Made by a program: the position numbers and the translations under genes. Positions 8,832-18,600 of a DNA stretch of 64,000 bases are shown in pieces. The notes under the pieces were generated by a model. It did no database searches and was not told where the DNA came from. It worked only from the letters and a program-made list of their open reading frames with translations. The DNA comes from Deltaproteobacteria bacterium. GTDB lineage: Bacteria > Myxococcota_A > UBA9042. The first letter of the stretch is position 1. Each line of letters begins with the position of its first letter. The stretch is from positions 7,915 through 71,914 of the forward strand of contig JACKFC010000005.1 of NCBI GenBank assembly GCA_020632665.1, read 5' to 3'.

Positions 8832-10067
8832 TTGCGCGCCGCCATCGACACCGAACGCCTGCTCGGCAGCCTCGACATGCTGGCCCAAATCGGCGCCATC
8901 GACGGCGGCGGCTGCTGCCGGCTGGCCTATAGCGACGAAGACGCCACGGGCCGCCGCTGGCTGGCCTCGCGGATGCGGATGCTCGACATGGAGGTCCGCG
9001 TCGACGCGGTCGGCAACGTCATCGGTCGCTTCGCCGGACGGGACGACCGCCTGCCGGCCGTCATGCTGGGCAGCCATATCGACACCGTGCGGACCGGCGG
9101 ACGCTACGACGGCAACCTCGGCGTCCTCGCCGGGCTCGAGGTCGTGGCCGCGCTGCGCGACTCGGGGCTGCGGCCGCTGCGCGCGATCGAGGTCGGCGCC
9201 TTCGCCAACGAGGAGGGCGCCCGCTTCGCGCCCGATATGATGGGCAGCTTGGTCTACATCGGTGGACTCTCGGCAGAAGACGCGCTCGCGGCGGTCGACG
9301 TCGACGGCGTGCGCGCCGGGGACGCGGCACAGGCCAGTGGATGCCTCGGCGACGCCGCGACGCCAGGACCGGTGCCGCACGCCTTCCTCGAGCTGCACAT
9401 CGAGCAGGGGCCGATCCTCGACCGCGAGGGCTTCGACCTCGGCGTGGTCGAGGCGGTGCAGGGCATCTGTTGGCAGCGCTACCGCTTCGGCGGGGTGAGC
9501 AACCACGCGGGGACGACGCCGATGTCGATGCGGCAGGACGCTGGCTACGTCGCGATGCGCGTCGGCGCGCTGGTCCGCGAGCTTCCGGCGCGCTACCCGG
9601 GTCAGATGGTCGCCACGGTCGGCGTCCTGCGGCTGCAGCCCGAGCTCGTCAACGTTGTGCCGCGGCGGGCCGAGATGACCATCGACCTGCGCAACGTCGA
9701 CCGCGAGGCGTTGCTCGCCGCGCGCGACGACCTCGACGCCGAGATCCGCGCCATCGCCGCGGCCGAGGGCGTCACCGTCGAGCGTGAATCCATGGCCTTC
9801 TTCGACCCCTTCGACTTCGACCCTGGGATCGTCGAACGTGTGGCGCATCACTGCGCCGCGACGGGGCGGCGGGTGCGGCGCATGGTCTCGGGCGCCGGCC
9901 ACGACGCCCAGATCCTCGGCCGCGTCGCGAAGGCGGCGATGGTCTTCGTGCCCTCGGTGGGCGGCCTCTCCCACAACGTCCGCGAGCATACGGCGGCGGA
10001 ACACCTCGGCCTCGGCGCGCAGGTGATCTGCGACGTCGCGCTGGAGCTCGCCGAGGAGCCCGCATGA
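8832..10067 (+). CDS. M20-family Zn-dependent amidohydrolase (allantoate amidohydrolase / N-carbamoyl-L-amino-acid hydrolase type)
   Basis: GSHIDTVRTGGRYDGNLGV, FANEEGARF, ELHIEQGPILD, GVSNHAGTTPM, SGAGHDAQ. TTG start directly after GGAGGGAG. Confidence 0.9.
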   Translation: MRAAIDTERLLGSLDMLAQIGAIDGGGCCRLAYSDEDATGRRWLASRMRMLDMEVRVDAVGNVIGRFAGRDDRLPAVMLGSHIDTVRTGGRYDGNLGVLAGLEVVAALRDSGLRPLRAIEVGAFANEEGARFAPDMMGSLVYIGGLSAEDALAAVDVDGVRAGDAAQASGCLGDAATPGPVPHAFLELHIEQGPILDREGFDLGVVEAVQGICWQRYRFGGVSNHAGTTPMSMRQDAGYVAMRVGALVRELPARYPGQMVATVGVLRLQPELVNVVPRRAEMTIDLRNVDREALLAARDDLDAEIRAIAAAEGVTVERESMAFFDPFDFDPGIVERVAHHCAATGRRVRRMVSGAGHDAQILGRVAKAAMVFVPSVGGLSHNVREHTAAEHLGLGAQVICDVALELAEEPA

Positions 10068-11026
10068 GTGCTGCCGGCCCGCTCCGCGTCGCCCTCGTCG
10101 AGACGCGCAACGCCTACGCACCGATGCCCGAGACCGAGGCCGCGTTGCCGGGTCTGGCCGGGCAGCTCGACGCCGTCCGGCAAGCCAACGTCGCGCACAA
10201 CGTCGCGTTGATCCACGCCGCCGGTGCACACGGAGCCGGCCTGGTTCTCCTCTCGGAATTCTGCACCGCACCCTATTTCGCCCTCTCGCAGCGCGCGTTC
10301 TGGCGCGATCTCGCCGAAGACGCGCACGACGGACCGAGCGTGCGGGCGTTCGCTGCCGCTGCTGCCGAGGCCGGAGTCGTCGTCGTCGCGCCGATCTACG
10401 AACGCTGCGGCAGCACCGGCAAGCTGCACGACACGGCGGTCGTGATCGACGCCGACGGCAGCCTGCTCGGCTCCTACCGCAAGCTCCACGTGCCCGACGG
10501 CAGCAACGAGCAGGCGAGCTTCTCCGAGGCATTCTACTACGAGGCGCCCGGTGAGCCCGGACCGGTCTGGCGACCCGAGCGCAACGTCTCGCGCCACCCG
10601 CTGCTGCCCGTCTTCGCCACAGCTGTCGGTCGGATCGGGGTCAGCATCTGCTACGACCGCCACTTCGACGGGGTGCAGCGCGCGCTCGCCCGCAACGGCG
10701 CGGAGCTGGTGCTCTGCCCGGCGGTGACCTTCGGCGCCAAGAGCGAGCGGATGTGGCGGCTCGAATCGGCCGTCGACGCCGCCCGCCACCGCATCTTCGT
10801 CGGCGTCAGCAACCGCGTCGGCAGCGAGGCGCCGTGGGGGCAGCCCTATTTCGGCGACAGCCACGTCGCCGGGCCGGAGGGTATCCTTCCGGCCGATCGC
10901 AGCGTCGCGGGGTTGGTCCTGAGCGACCTCGATCTCGAGAGCCTCGGCGCGACCGATCCGTCCGGCTGGCACCTCGACCGCGACCGGCGCGACGCCGACT
11001 ACGAACGCGACGTGACGCCCGGCTGA
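10064..11026 (+). CDS. Carbon-nitrogen hydrolase (nitrilase superfamily; carbamoylase/amidase type)
   Basis: Glu-Lys-Cys triad contexts LLSEFC, YRKLHVP, GVSICYDRHF. ATGA overlap with the upstream gene (10064-10067). Confidence 0.9.
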   Translation: MSAAGPLRVALVETRNAYAPMPETEAALPGLAGQLDAVRQANVAHNVALIHAAGAHGAGLVLLSEFCTAPYFALSQRAFWRDLAEDAHDGPSVRAFAAAAAEAGVVVVAPIYERCGSTGKLHDTAVVIDADGSLLGSYRKLHVPDGSNEQASFSEAFYYEAPGEPGPVWRPERNVSRHPLLPVFATAVGRIGVSICYDRHFDGVQRALARNGAELVLCPAVTFGAKSERMWRLESAVDAARHRIFVGVSNRVGSEAPWGQPYFGDSHVAGPEGILPADRSVAGLVLSDLDLESLGATDPSGWHLDRDRRDADYERDVTPG

Positions 11027-11107
11027 CGGTGCGGCCGAAGTTGGCGTAGTCTCGGCGTCACGCGCCGCCTGTCGGCCATCGACCTCGCATCCCTGCCGGA
11101 GCCCTTC

Positions 11108-13267
11108 ATGCCAAACCGCCTGCCTGCCGCCGCCGCGCTCCTCGTGGCGCTCTCGCTCGCCATTTCGACTTTCGCCGCCGTCCCGAGCTTCGCCGCCGCG
11201 CCCGGCAAGCGCGACCACGACATCACGGTCGAAGACTACTTCACGCTGGCCCATATCTGGCAGGTCGCGGCCTCGCCCGATGGCCGGCTGCTGGCGTGGA
11301 GCGAGCTGCGCTGGGAAGAGGAGCTGCCGACGCGCAACGTCGACATCTGGGTGGCGCAGAGCCGTGGCGGCGCCGCGATGCGGATCACCTTCGACGCGGC
11401 GCTCGACGCCGACCCGAGCTTCTCGCCGGATTCGCAGTGGCTGCTCTTCTCGAGCACGCGCAAGGGCGCGGGATCGCCGGCGCTGGCCAAGGGCCGCAAG
11501 GAGGTCTGGCGGATGCGGACCGACGGCAGCGGCAAGCAGGCGCTGACCCGCGAGGGCGAGGGCGTCGAGGGCTGGGAGCTCGCGGCCGATGGCTCCGCGC
11601 TCTACTACACCACCGCGCGCGACCACCAGGATCCCGACGGCTTCGAGAAGCTGCGCGGCAAGCACAAGCTCGACTACGGCCGCGGCGTGCGGAAGTGGAC
11701 CACCTTCTGGCGTCTCGACCTGCGCACCTGGCGGCGCAGCAAGGTGGCCGAGGTCCAGGCCTTCGTCCGCTCGTTCGCGCTCGCGCCCGACGGTACGCGG
11801 ATCGCCATGATCACCGTGCCGACCCGGCGCCTGATCGACAACGAAGGCTGGTCCGAGGTGGAGCTGCTCGACCTCATCGCCAGCAAAGACCCCGCCAAGC
11901 CCGAGGTGACGCGGCTCGACGCGGCGGTCTGGCGCAAGCAGGCCCCTTCGCCCTACGGCTGGCTGGAGAACCCGACGTTCTCGGCCGATAGCGGATTGCT
12001 CGCCTTCACCGTCGGCTTCGACGGCTATCCGGCCGAGACCATCGCGGTCGAGCTCGACGGCACCAAGCAGCTGCAGACCCACCGCCTGCCCCGCTTCGAA
12101 GCGTTCACCGTCGAGGGTCCGGTGGCGATTCGGCCCGGCAGCCGTGACGTCTGCACCCGCGGCACGCATCGCGCCCGGGACGGCGTCTTCTGCGTCGGCG
12201 GCGTGCGTGGCGGCAAGGTCGGCGCGCCGTATCGCCTGACCAATACGGCGAGCGGCAGCGTCTCGGCCTTCCACTTCTCCCGCGACGGCAAGACCCTCGC
12301 CATCGTCCAATCCGACCTCGACCATACCCCGGACGTCTTCGTCATGCCGGCGAAGGGGGGCACCAGCGCCAAGCGCATCAGCCGGCAGAACCCGCAGGTG
12401 GACCGTTGGAAGCTGCCGCAGATCTCGGCGGTGCGCTGGAAGAGCAAAGACGGGACCGAGGTCGAGGGCATCCTCGAGCTGCCTCCCGGCTACGACAAGA
12501 GCAAAGGTCCGCTGCCGCTGGCGGTGGAGCTGCACGGCGGCCCGACCTCGGCGACCAAGCTCGAGCTGCGCTATTGGATCTACGGCCGGACCCTGCTCGC
12601 CGCCCGCGGCTGGGCCTTGCTCTCGCCGAACTACCGCGGTTCGACGGGCTACGGCGACAAATTCCTGACCGACCTGATCGGGCACAAGAACGATCGCGAC
12701 ATCGCCGATATCCGCAGCGGCGTCGACCACCTCATCGCGTGCGGCATCGCCGATCCGAAGCGCATGGCGGTGATGGGCTGGTCCAACGGCGGCTACCTGA
12801 CCAACTGCATGATCGCGGCCGACCAGCGCTTCGCGGCGGCCTCGTCGGGTGCAGGCGTCTTCGACACGACGATGCAGTGGATGATCGAGGATACGCCTGG
12901 TCACGTCATCAACTACAACCGCGGGCTGCCGTGGAAGGCCAAGGAAGCGATGCAGAAATCGTCGCCGCTCTACGCCGTCGACAAGGTCGAGACGCCGACG
13001 CTGATCCACGTCGGTGAGCACGACGAGCGGGTGCCCGTGCAGCACAGCCGCGGCCTGTTCCGCTCGCTCGAGCAATACCTGCACGTGCCGACGCAGCTCG
13101 TCGTCTACCCCGGCGAGGGCCACGGCCTGACCCGCAAGGCGCACCGCGAGGCGAAGATGCGCTGGGACCTGGCCTGGTTCGAGAAGTACGTGCCCGGCTT
13201 CGAGAAGAAGGTGCCCGCTGGGAGCGCTGACAAGGCGGCTGAGAAGCCGCGGGGAACGTCGCGCTGA
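11108..13267 (+). CDS. S9 prolyl-oligopeptidase/acylaminoacyl-peptidase family serine peptidase with N-terminal beta-propeller
   Basis: Signal peptide (AAALLVALSLAISTFAAVPSFAA). TolB-like propeller repeats (SPDGRLLAW, SPDSQWLLF, APDGTRIAM, SRDGKTLA). Catalytic contexts GWSNGGY, GEHDERVP, GEGHGL. Confidence 0.9.
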   Translation: MPNRLPAAAALLVALSLAISTFAAVPSFAAAPGKRDHDITVEDYFTLAHIWQVAASPDGRLLAWSELRWEEELPTRNVDIWVAQSRGGAAMRITFDAALDADPSFSPDSQWLLFSSTRKGAGSPALAKGRKEVWRMRTDGSGKQALTREGEGVEGWELAADGSALYYTTARDHQDPDGFEKLRGKHKLDYGRGVRKWTTFWRLDLRTWRRSKVAEVQAFVRSFALAPDGTRIAMITVPTRRLIDNEGWSEVELLDLIASKDPAKPEVTRLDAAVWRKQAPSPYGWLENPTFSADSGLLAFTVGFDGYPAETIAVELDGTKQLQTHRLPRFEAFTVEGPVAIRPGSRDVCTRGTHRARDGVFCVGGVRGGKVGAPYRLTNTASGSVSAFHFSRDGKTLAIVQSDLDHTPDVFVMPAKGGTSAKRISRQNPQVDRWKLPQISAVRWKSKDGTEVEGILELPPGYDKSKGPLPLAVELHGGPTSATKLELRYWIYGRTLLAARGWALLSPNYRGSTGYGDKFLTDLIGHKNDRDIADIRSGVDHLIACGIADPKRMAVMGWSNGGYLTNCMIAADQRFAAASSGAGVFDTTMQWMIEDTPGHVINYNRGLPWKAKEAMQKSSPLYAVDKVETPTLIHVGEHDERVPVQHSRGLFRSLEQYLHVPTQLVVYPGEGHGLTRKAHREAKMRWDLAWFEKYVPGFEKKVPAGSADKAAEKPRGTSR

Positions 13268-13371
13268 TCGGAACTTGATTGTTGCAGGACGGCGGGTTAT
13301 CTACGCCGCCGACCGCTGGTTCCGCACAAATTTGCTGCTGCACTAGATCGGTTCACAGGTCCGCGCGTCGA

Positions 13372-13425
13372 AAGGACCAGAGGCGACGGTCGCCTCATGA
13401 CGCGCGAGATGAATCCATGGTCCTT
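13372..13425 (+). promoter_or_regulatory. Nested inverted repeats in the leader of the trypsin-like protease gene
   Basis: AAGGACCA (13372-13379) pairs with TGGTCCTT (13418-13425). They enclose the palindrome GAGGCGAC-G-GTCGCCTC (13380-13396). The element lies ~25 nt upstream of the ATG at 13450, just before the GAGAGGGA ribosome-binding site. Confidence 0.25.
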
Positions 13426-13449
13426 CGCACTCACGAGAGGGAAACGAAA

Positions 13450-14481
13450 ATGCGTCTCGCAACTCACCTCGCGATCACCGGAAAGCGGCTCCACCTGCCG
13501 CTGCTCCTGGTGCTCGTCGCGCTCACCGCCACCGCTTGCGGCGGTGTCGATTGGCGCAAGCAGACGGTCTCGCTGCAGGCCGCCGGCTACCAGTTCCAGG
13601 GGACGGGCATCAAGCCGGTCGGTTGGAACGGATCGGGTGTCTTCATCGACGAGAAGACCGTCGTCACCAACGCCCACGTCGCCGGCAAGGCGCTGAAGAT
13701 GATCGGCAAGGACGACTACGGCACGAAGTACACCTTCCGCCAGATCCTCGCCTACGACGGTGATCTCGATATCGCCGTGCTCAAGGTGCAGGGGACTGCC
13801 GAGGTGGATGTTCTCCCGCTGAAGGAGCGCCCGGACGACCCGAAGGATCTCCGCGGCAACAAGGTCCTCGCCATCGGCAACACCGGCGGCATGGGCCTTT
13901 CGCGCTACACCGGCGAGGTCACCAACGTCGTCGGCAAGCGCTCGCAGGAGAACCTGGTCCACTCCGCCGACATCAGCTCGGGCAGCTCCGGCGGCCCGCT
14001 CTACGACGGCGACGCTGGTGAGCTCTACGGCATCAACAAGAGCATCAACCTGCACCTGCGGCAGTCGTTCGCGACGCCGGCCTGGTCGGTGCAGAAGGTG
14101 GTCGACAAGGCCCGCCGCGCCGGTGGCACGGACCTCACCGAGGCCTTCAAGCCGGCCGAATTCCCGATGCAGCTCGACGTGAAGCGCTCGTTCTGCCTCG
14201 AGCCCGGCCAGAAGATCATCGCCCCGGTCCAGGTCGTCGGCACCGCCGATCTGGTCGCCGCGGTGAAGTTCCAGACCGAGAACACGCCGCTCTTCTTCGG
14301 CCTCGTGCGCGGGAACTCGCTGATGAGCAAGGGTGTCATCAGCAAGGACCTGCTCGCGGCCTGGACGCTGCCCGGTAGCGGCGTCTACGCGGCCATCCTC
14401 GTCAACCCGCCGCAAGCGACTGCAAAGGCTTGCGGCGCGGTGGGAGTCGGACGGATGGCCTGGGAGAAGCGCATCCACTAA
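13450..14481 (+). CDS. Trypsin-like (S1/Trypsin_2) serine protease lipoprotein
   Basis: MRLATHLAITGKRLHLPLLLVLVALTATAC lipoprotein signal. Triad contexts VVTNAHVAG, DLDIAVLKV, SSGSSGGPLYD. ATG at 13450 preceded by GAGAGGGA. The track start at 13279 is unlikely. Confidence 0.85.
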   Translation: MRLATHLAITGKRLHLPLLLVLVALTATACGGVDWRKQTVSLQAAGYQFQGTGIKPVGWNGSGVFIDEKTVVTNAHVAGKALKMIGKDDYGTKYTFRQILAYDGDLDIAVLKVQGTAEVDVLPLKERPDDPKDLRGNKVLAIGNTGGMGLSRYTGEVTNVVGKRSQENLVHSADISSGSSGGPLYDGDAGELYGINKSINLHLRQSFATPAWSVQKVVDKARRAGGTDLTEAFKPAEFPMQLDVKRSFCLEPGQKIIAPVQVVGTADLVAAVKFQTENTPLFFGLVRGNSLMSKGVISKDLLAAWTLPGSGVYAAILVNPPQATAKACGAVGVGRMAWEKRIH

Positions 14482-14574
14482 ACGCATCCCGGGCGCGAGG
14501 GCGTCCCGGATCCGTCCGGCGCAATCGCGCACCATGCCCTCCGCGGAGGAGGGCGAACCAGGGGAGAAGAAGTC

Positions 14575-15564
14575 ATGATGAAGTTCAAGCAAAGCAAGTT
14601 GGCCGGGCGCTTCGCGACGCTCGGGACCACGGCGCTGGTCGCCGCCTCGCTGGCGCTGACGCCGGCGCTGGCTTCGGCCGCGGGCAAGAAGAAGGCCCCG
14701 CCGCGCCCGACCAAGGAAGCGGCCAAGGCCGAGCCGAAGAAGGAAGAGGCCAAACCCGCCGAGGCCAAGCCGGCCGAGGCGCCGCCGACCACCACCGCCG
14801 CCGCCATCCCGGCCGAGCCGACCGACGAGCTCATCCTCTCGGGTGACAACGTCGTCGCGGTGCAGCCGGTCTTCATGGTCGGCGCCGGTGCCGAGGCCGG
14901 TTGGTACGATATGGCCGCCTACGTCTCCGGCGCCAAGGTCGACAAGGCCGCGTCCGCCGAGGCCGCGAAGGCCGCCATCGCGGCGCCCAAGGCGATCGAC
15001 AAGGGCTTCGGCTTCGCCGGAGCGTCGAGCGCCAAGGACGTCCGCGTGCTGCACCAGGCCATCGCGCTCGGCTTCGTGCCGTCGCTGGTCATCGCGGGCC
15101 AGGCGGAGAAGGCCAAGTCGCTCGCCACCGGCCTGGTCAGCTCGATGGACGCGCTCTCGGACCTGACCCCCGAGACCCAGGAGAGCGCCAAGCTCTTCGC
15201 CGCGCTCGGCCTCGCCGACAAGAAGGTGAAGGAGGAGCTCGTCGGGATGATCTTCGCTCGCGCGATGCGCGCCGGCATGAAGGGCATCGCCGACGGTCCG
15301 CAGCGCGCCCACGGCTACTACGTCGCGGGTGTGTGGACCGGCATGTCGCTGCTCTTCGCTTCGCTCGGTGGCAAGTCGGAGACCTTCGCCGACCTCGCCG
15401 AGCCGATCTGCGTCCTGCTCGACAAGGACGCTGCCTTCGGTGGCGCCGACCGCACCATCGCGAGCCATATGCGCACCATCGCGGCGGAGCTGAAGAAGGA
15501 GCGCCCGGCGGCCGCCACCATCCGTGGTGAGGTCGAGGCGATCCTCAACGTGAAGCCCGACTAG
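14575..15564 (+). CDS. Secreted hypothetical protein (Ala/Lys/Glu/Pro-rich linker + helical domain)
   Basis: Sec-type signal (TTALVAASLALTPALASA), then KKKAPPRPTKEAAKAEPKKEEAKPAEAKPAEAPP, then a ~230-aa helical-looking domain. RBS AGGGGAGAAG. No family recognised. Confidence 0.7.
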   Translation: MMKFKQSKLAGRFATLGTTALVAASLALTPALASAAGKKKAPPRPTKEAAKAEPKKEEAKPAEAKPAEAPPTTTAAAIPAEPTDELILSGDNVVAVQPVFMVGAGAEAGWYDMAAYVSGAKVDKAASAEAAKAAIAAPKAIDKGFGFAGASSAKDVRVLHQAIALGFVPSLVIAGQAEKAKSLATGLVSSMDALSDLTPETQESAKLFAALGLADKKVKEELVGMIFARAMRAGMKGIADGPQRAHGYYVAGVWTGMSLLFASLGGKSETFADLAEPICVLLDKDAAFGGADRTIASHMRTIAAELKKERPAAATIRGEVEAILNVKPD

Positions 15565-15583
15565 GCTCACGCGTTCTCGTACT

Positions 15584-15639
15584 GCGGGCGGCCTCGGCCG
15601 GTGCCTCGGGGCCCGGAAGGGGCCGCCCGCTGCGTTTTT
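15584..15639 (+). terminator. Intrinsic-terminator-like hairpin
   Basis: Perfect 10-bp GC stem, GCGGGCGGCC (15584-15593) with GGCCGCCCGC (15621-15630), followed by TGCGTTTTT. It starts 20 nt after the stop at 15564. Confidence 0.5.
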
Positions 15640-15662
15640 CGCGCCTGATCACGGAGAGACCG

Positions 15663-18600
15663 ATGTCGCCGACCCGTCGCCACCGCAGCACCGCAGCCGC
15701 TGCTCCCGCAGCCGGCGTCCTGGTGCTCGGCCTCGCCGTGTTGCTCGCGACACCTGTCGCCGCAGACCCGCCGCCGCAGCCGGTCGACCGCGCAGCCATG
15801 CTCGCCAAGGCGCCTCCGGCAGGCAAAGCGCTGTGCCACGACGTGCCCGACGTCGACCTCGAGTGGTGCCTCTCGGGCTGCACCGCGTGGCCGGCGACGA
15901 CGGCGTGCCTGATGGCGCGGCGGTGGGGCGCGATGGGCATCCAGGTCGCCCTCTACGCGCGGAAGAACGGCCGCACGGTCCCGGACGTGGCGAAAGAAGC
16001 CGGGATGGATCCGGCGCAGGCCGAGCTGCTCCGGCTCTACGCCGATTGGGAGGCCATCGTCCCGGTGGATTGGAATGGCACCGGCGCGCTGCAGGGCCAG
16101 GCCAAGGCGACCTTCGCCCAGGCGCAGCAATTGGCCAAAGACGGCACGGCGGCCTATGCCGCCCGCGACCACGACAAGGCGAAGACGCTGCTGATGCGGT
16201 CGACCGAGTTGGTCGCCAAGGCCTATGGTCCCAAGCACGTCGAGGTCGCCAAGGCAATGGTCCGGGTCGCCTACCCGGAGATGAAGCTGCGCAACTATGC
16301 GGTGGCGCGGAAGGTCCTGCAGGCGGCGCTCGAGCGCTTCCGCGCGGTCATGCCGGAAGACCACCCCGCCATCGCCGACGCGATGCAGGTCCTCGGTCAG
16401 GTCGAGCACGCCGATTTGCACTTCACCGAGGCGCGCAAGCTCTTCGAAGGCGCGATCGCGCGGCGGCGCAAAACGCATGGCGAGAGTGACCCGAAGCTCG
16501 CGACGATGTGGAACAACCTCGGCTTCCCCTGCGAGGAGCTCGCCGACTTCCGCTGCAAGCGCGAGGCGCTCGAGAAGTCGATGGCGATCCGGGAGGTGAC
16601 CAATGGGCCCGAGAGCCTGGAGCTGGCCACCGAGCTCTCGAACCTCGGCGTCTTCCTCTCACAGCTCGGCGAGCTCGATCGCGCCTCGGCGGTGCTGGAG
16701 CGGGCGCGCGAACTCCGGGTTCGCCACAACGCACCGGCCGAGGACCGCGCGACGTCGTACAACAACCTCGGAGGGCACGCCGTCTCGCTGGGCCTCTACC
16801 ACGACGCGCAGCAGCTCTTCGAGCAGGCGCTGCAGATCTGGGACAGCGATCCGAAGACCGATCCGCTCAAGCGCGCCGTCACCGCCGGGCAGCTCGGCAC
16901 CTCGCTGATCCGGATGGGCAGCCTGCAAGCCGGCGTCGTGCTGATCGTCAAAGTGCTCGAGCTGCGGCGCGCCAAGCTGCCGGCACATCACCCAGACGTG
17001 CAGCTCTCGCTCGCCACGGTCGGCGAGACGCTGCTCGAGCTCGCACGGGGTCAACTGCGCGGCGCCGACCGCGACCGCGAAGTAGCGAAGGCCGTGGGCT
17101 ACCTCGAAGACGCGCTCGAAGGGACGGTGAAGCTGCGCGGCGCCGACCACCCCGACTCGGCCATGGCGCTGCTGCGCGTCGCAGGGGCACGGCCAGATCA
17201 GGGCAAGGGCGAGCTGGCGCCGCCGCTCTTCGAGAAAGCCATCGCGATCTTGGAGAAGCATCACGGCAAGGAGCATCCGAGCCTGATCCCGGCCTGGAAC
17301 AACTACGGCGTCGCGTTGGTCGCGCTGTCGCGGACGCAAGACGCCCTCGCCGCGTATCGCAAGGCGCTGGCCATCGCAGAGGCGCTGCTCGGGCTCTGGC
17401 ACCCGAATACGCTCGGCATCCGCACCAATATGCTCAACCTCCGCCTGCAGAGCGGCAAGCCCGACGCCGCCGCGGCCGCCGAGGTCGAGGCGCTCGTCGG
17501 TGAGACGGTGCGCGCCGTCGAGGCGGCGATCCTCTCGGCGCGCAGCGATCTCGGCCTGCTCTTCCTCGCCCACCAGCACCGCCAAGCCCGCGAGCTGGCG
17601 CTGCGGCTGCAGGCAAAGGGCGGCGACACCAAGACGGCGTACGGCGCGCTCCTGGCCACCACAGGGCTGGCCCAGCGAGCCGAGGTGATCTGGCGCGGGA
17701 TGATGCGGCTCCAGCCCTCGGCGTCGTCGGACGTTTGGGCGACGCTCGAGAGCTATCGCGACAATGCGCGGCAGCGGATGGCGATCGAGGGCGGCGCGGG
17801 CTCGCTTTCACTGCCCGCGTCGCGACGCCGGGCTGAGCGCAAACGCCTGGACGCCGAACGCAGCGCGCTGGCTGCCAAGCTCGACCGCGCCTTGCCTCAG
17901 ATCGTCTCGGCGCAGCGCACGCTCCGACCGGATTTGGCCCAGGTCTGCACCCGGCTGCGGAAGGACGACTCCCGACTCGTCCACTTCGCCTCGTGGACCG
18001 AGACCACCGAGGACGGCAAGCCGCGCGACCACTACGGCGCCTGGGTGGTGACGGGGAAGGGCTGCACCGTCCGCTTCGTCGCGCTCGGGCCGGCGCGCGC
18101 GGTCGACGACGCGATCGGCAAATGGCGCGACAGCATCGGCAAGGCCACGGCCTGCTTCGTCAAGAAGCGCAAGGCGGCGTTCTGCAAGCGCGACCTCGCC
18201 GCGATGGACGGCCTCGGCGCCACGATCCGCGACGCGGTCTGGGCGCCGGTACAGGGCGCGCTCGGCAAGCCAGGGCGGGTCTGGATCGTCGCCACGGAAG
18301 ATATCGCGGCCCTCGCCTTCGACGCGCTGCCCGGCGCCGACGGCCGCTACCTCGCCGAGGATTGGACGATCGGCTACCTGCCGCACCCTGCCGCGCTCGC
18401 CATCGGCGACGCCGCCGCGCACGAGGGCAAGGCCAGCGGGGCCCTGGTCGTCGGCGACCTCGACTACGAGCAGATGCCCGCCGACAGCCAAAAAGCCTTG
18501 GCCAGCTGGGAGCGCTGCGACGGTGATGCCTGCCGCAGCCTGCAGGCCGGTGACGGTGCCGCGCGCCTGCTGGCCGACGCCCGTGGCGCTTCGACGCGCG

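Noticed and set aside
9848-13144. 1098-aa minus-strand ORF
   Set aside because: It is antisense to the CN-hydrolase and S9 peptidase genes, both of which have intact catalytic motifs. Its composition is Arg/Ala/Gly/Val-rich and motif-free.
13268-13449. tRNA or small RNA gene in the longest intergenic region
   Set aside because: There is no cloverleaf-compatible arm pattern or T-loop (GTTCRANYC) motif. I interpret it only as a structured leader.
14575-15564. Bacterial gasdermin-like effector between the trypsin-like and CHAT proteases
   Set aside because: The protein has a Sec signal peptide, a Lys/Pro/Ala/Glu linker and a helical-looking body. Gasdermins are cytoplasmic and beta-rich, with an N-terminal Cys. 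Both proteases also carry export signals. I kept this as an exported-protease-cluster hypothesis instead.
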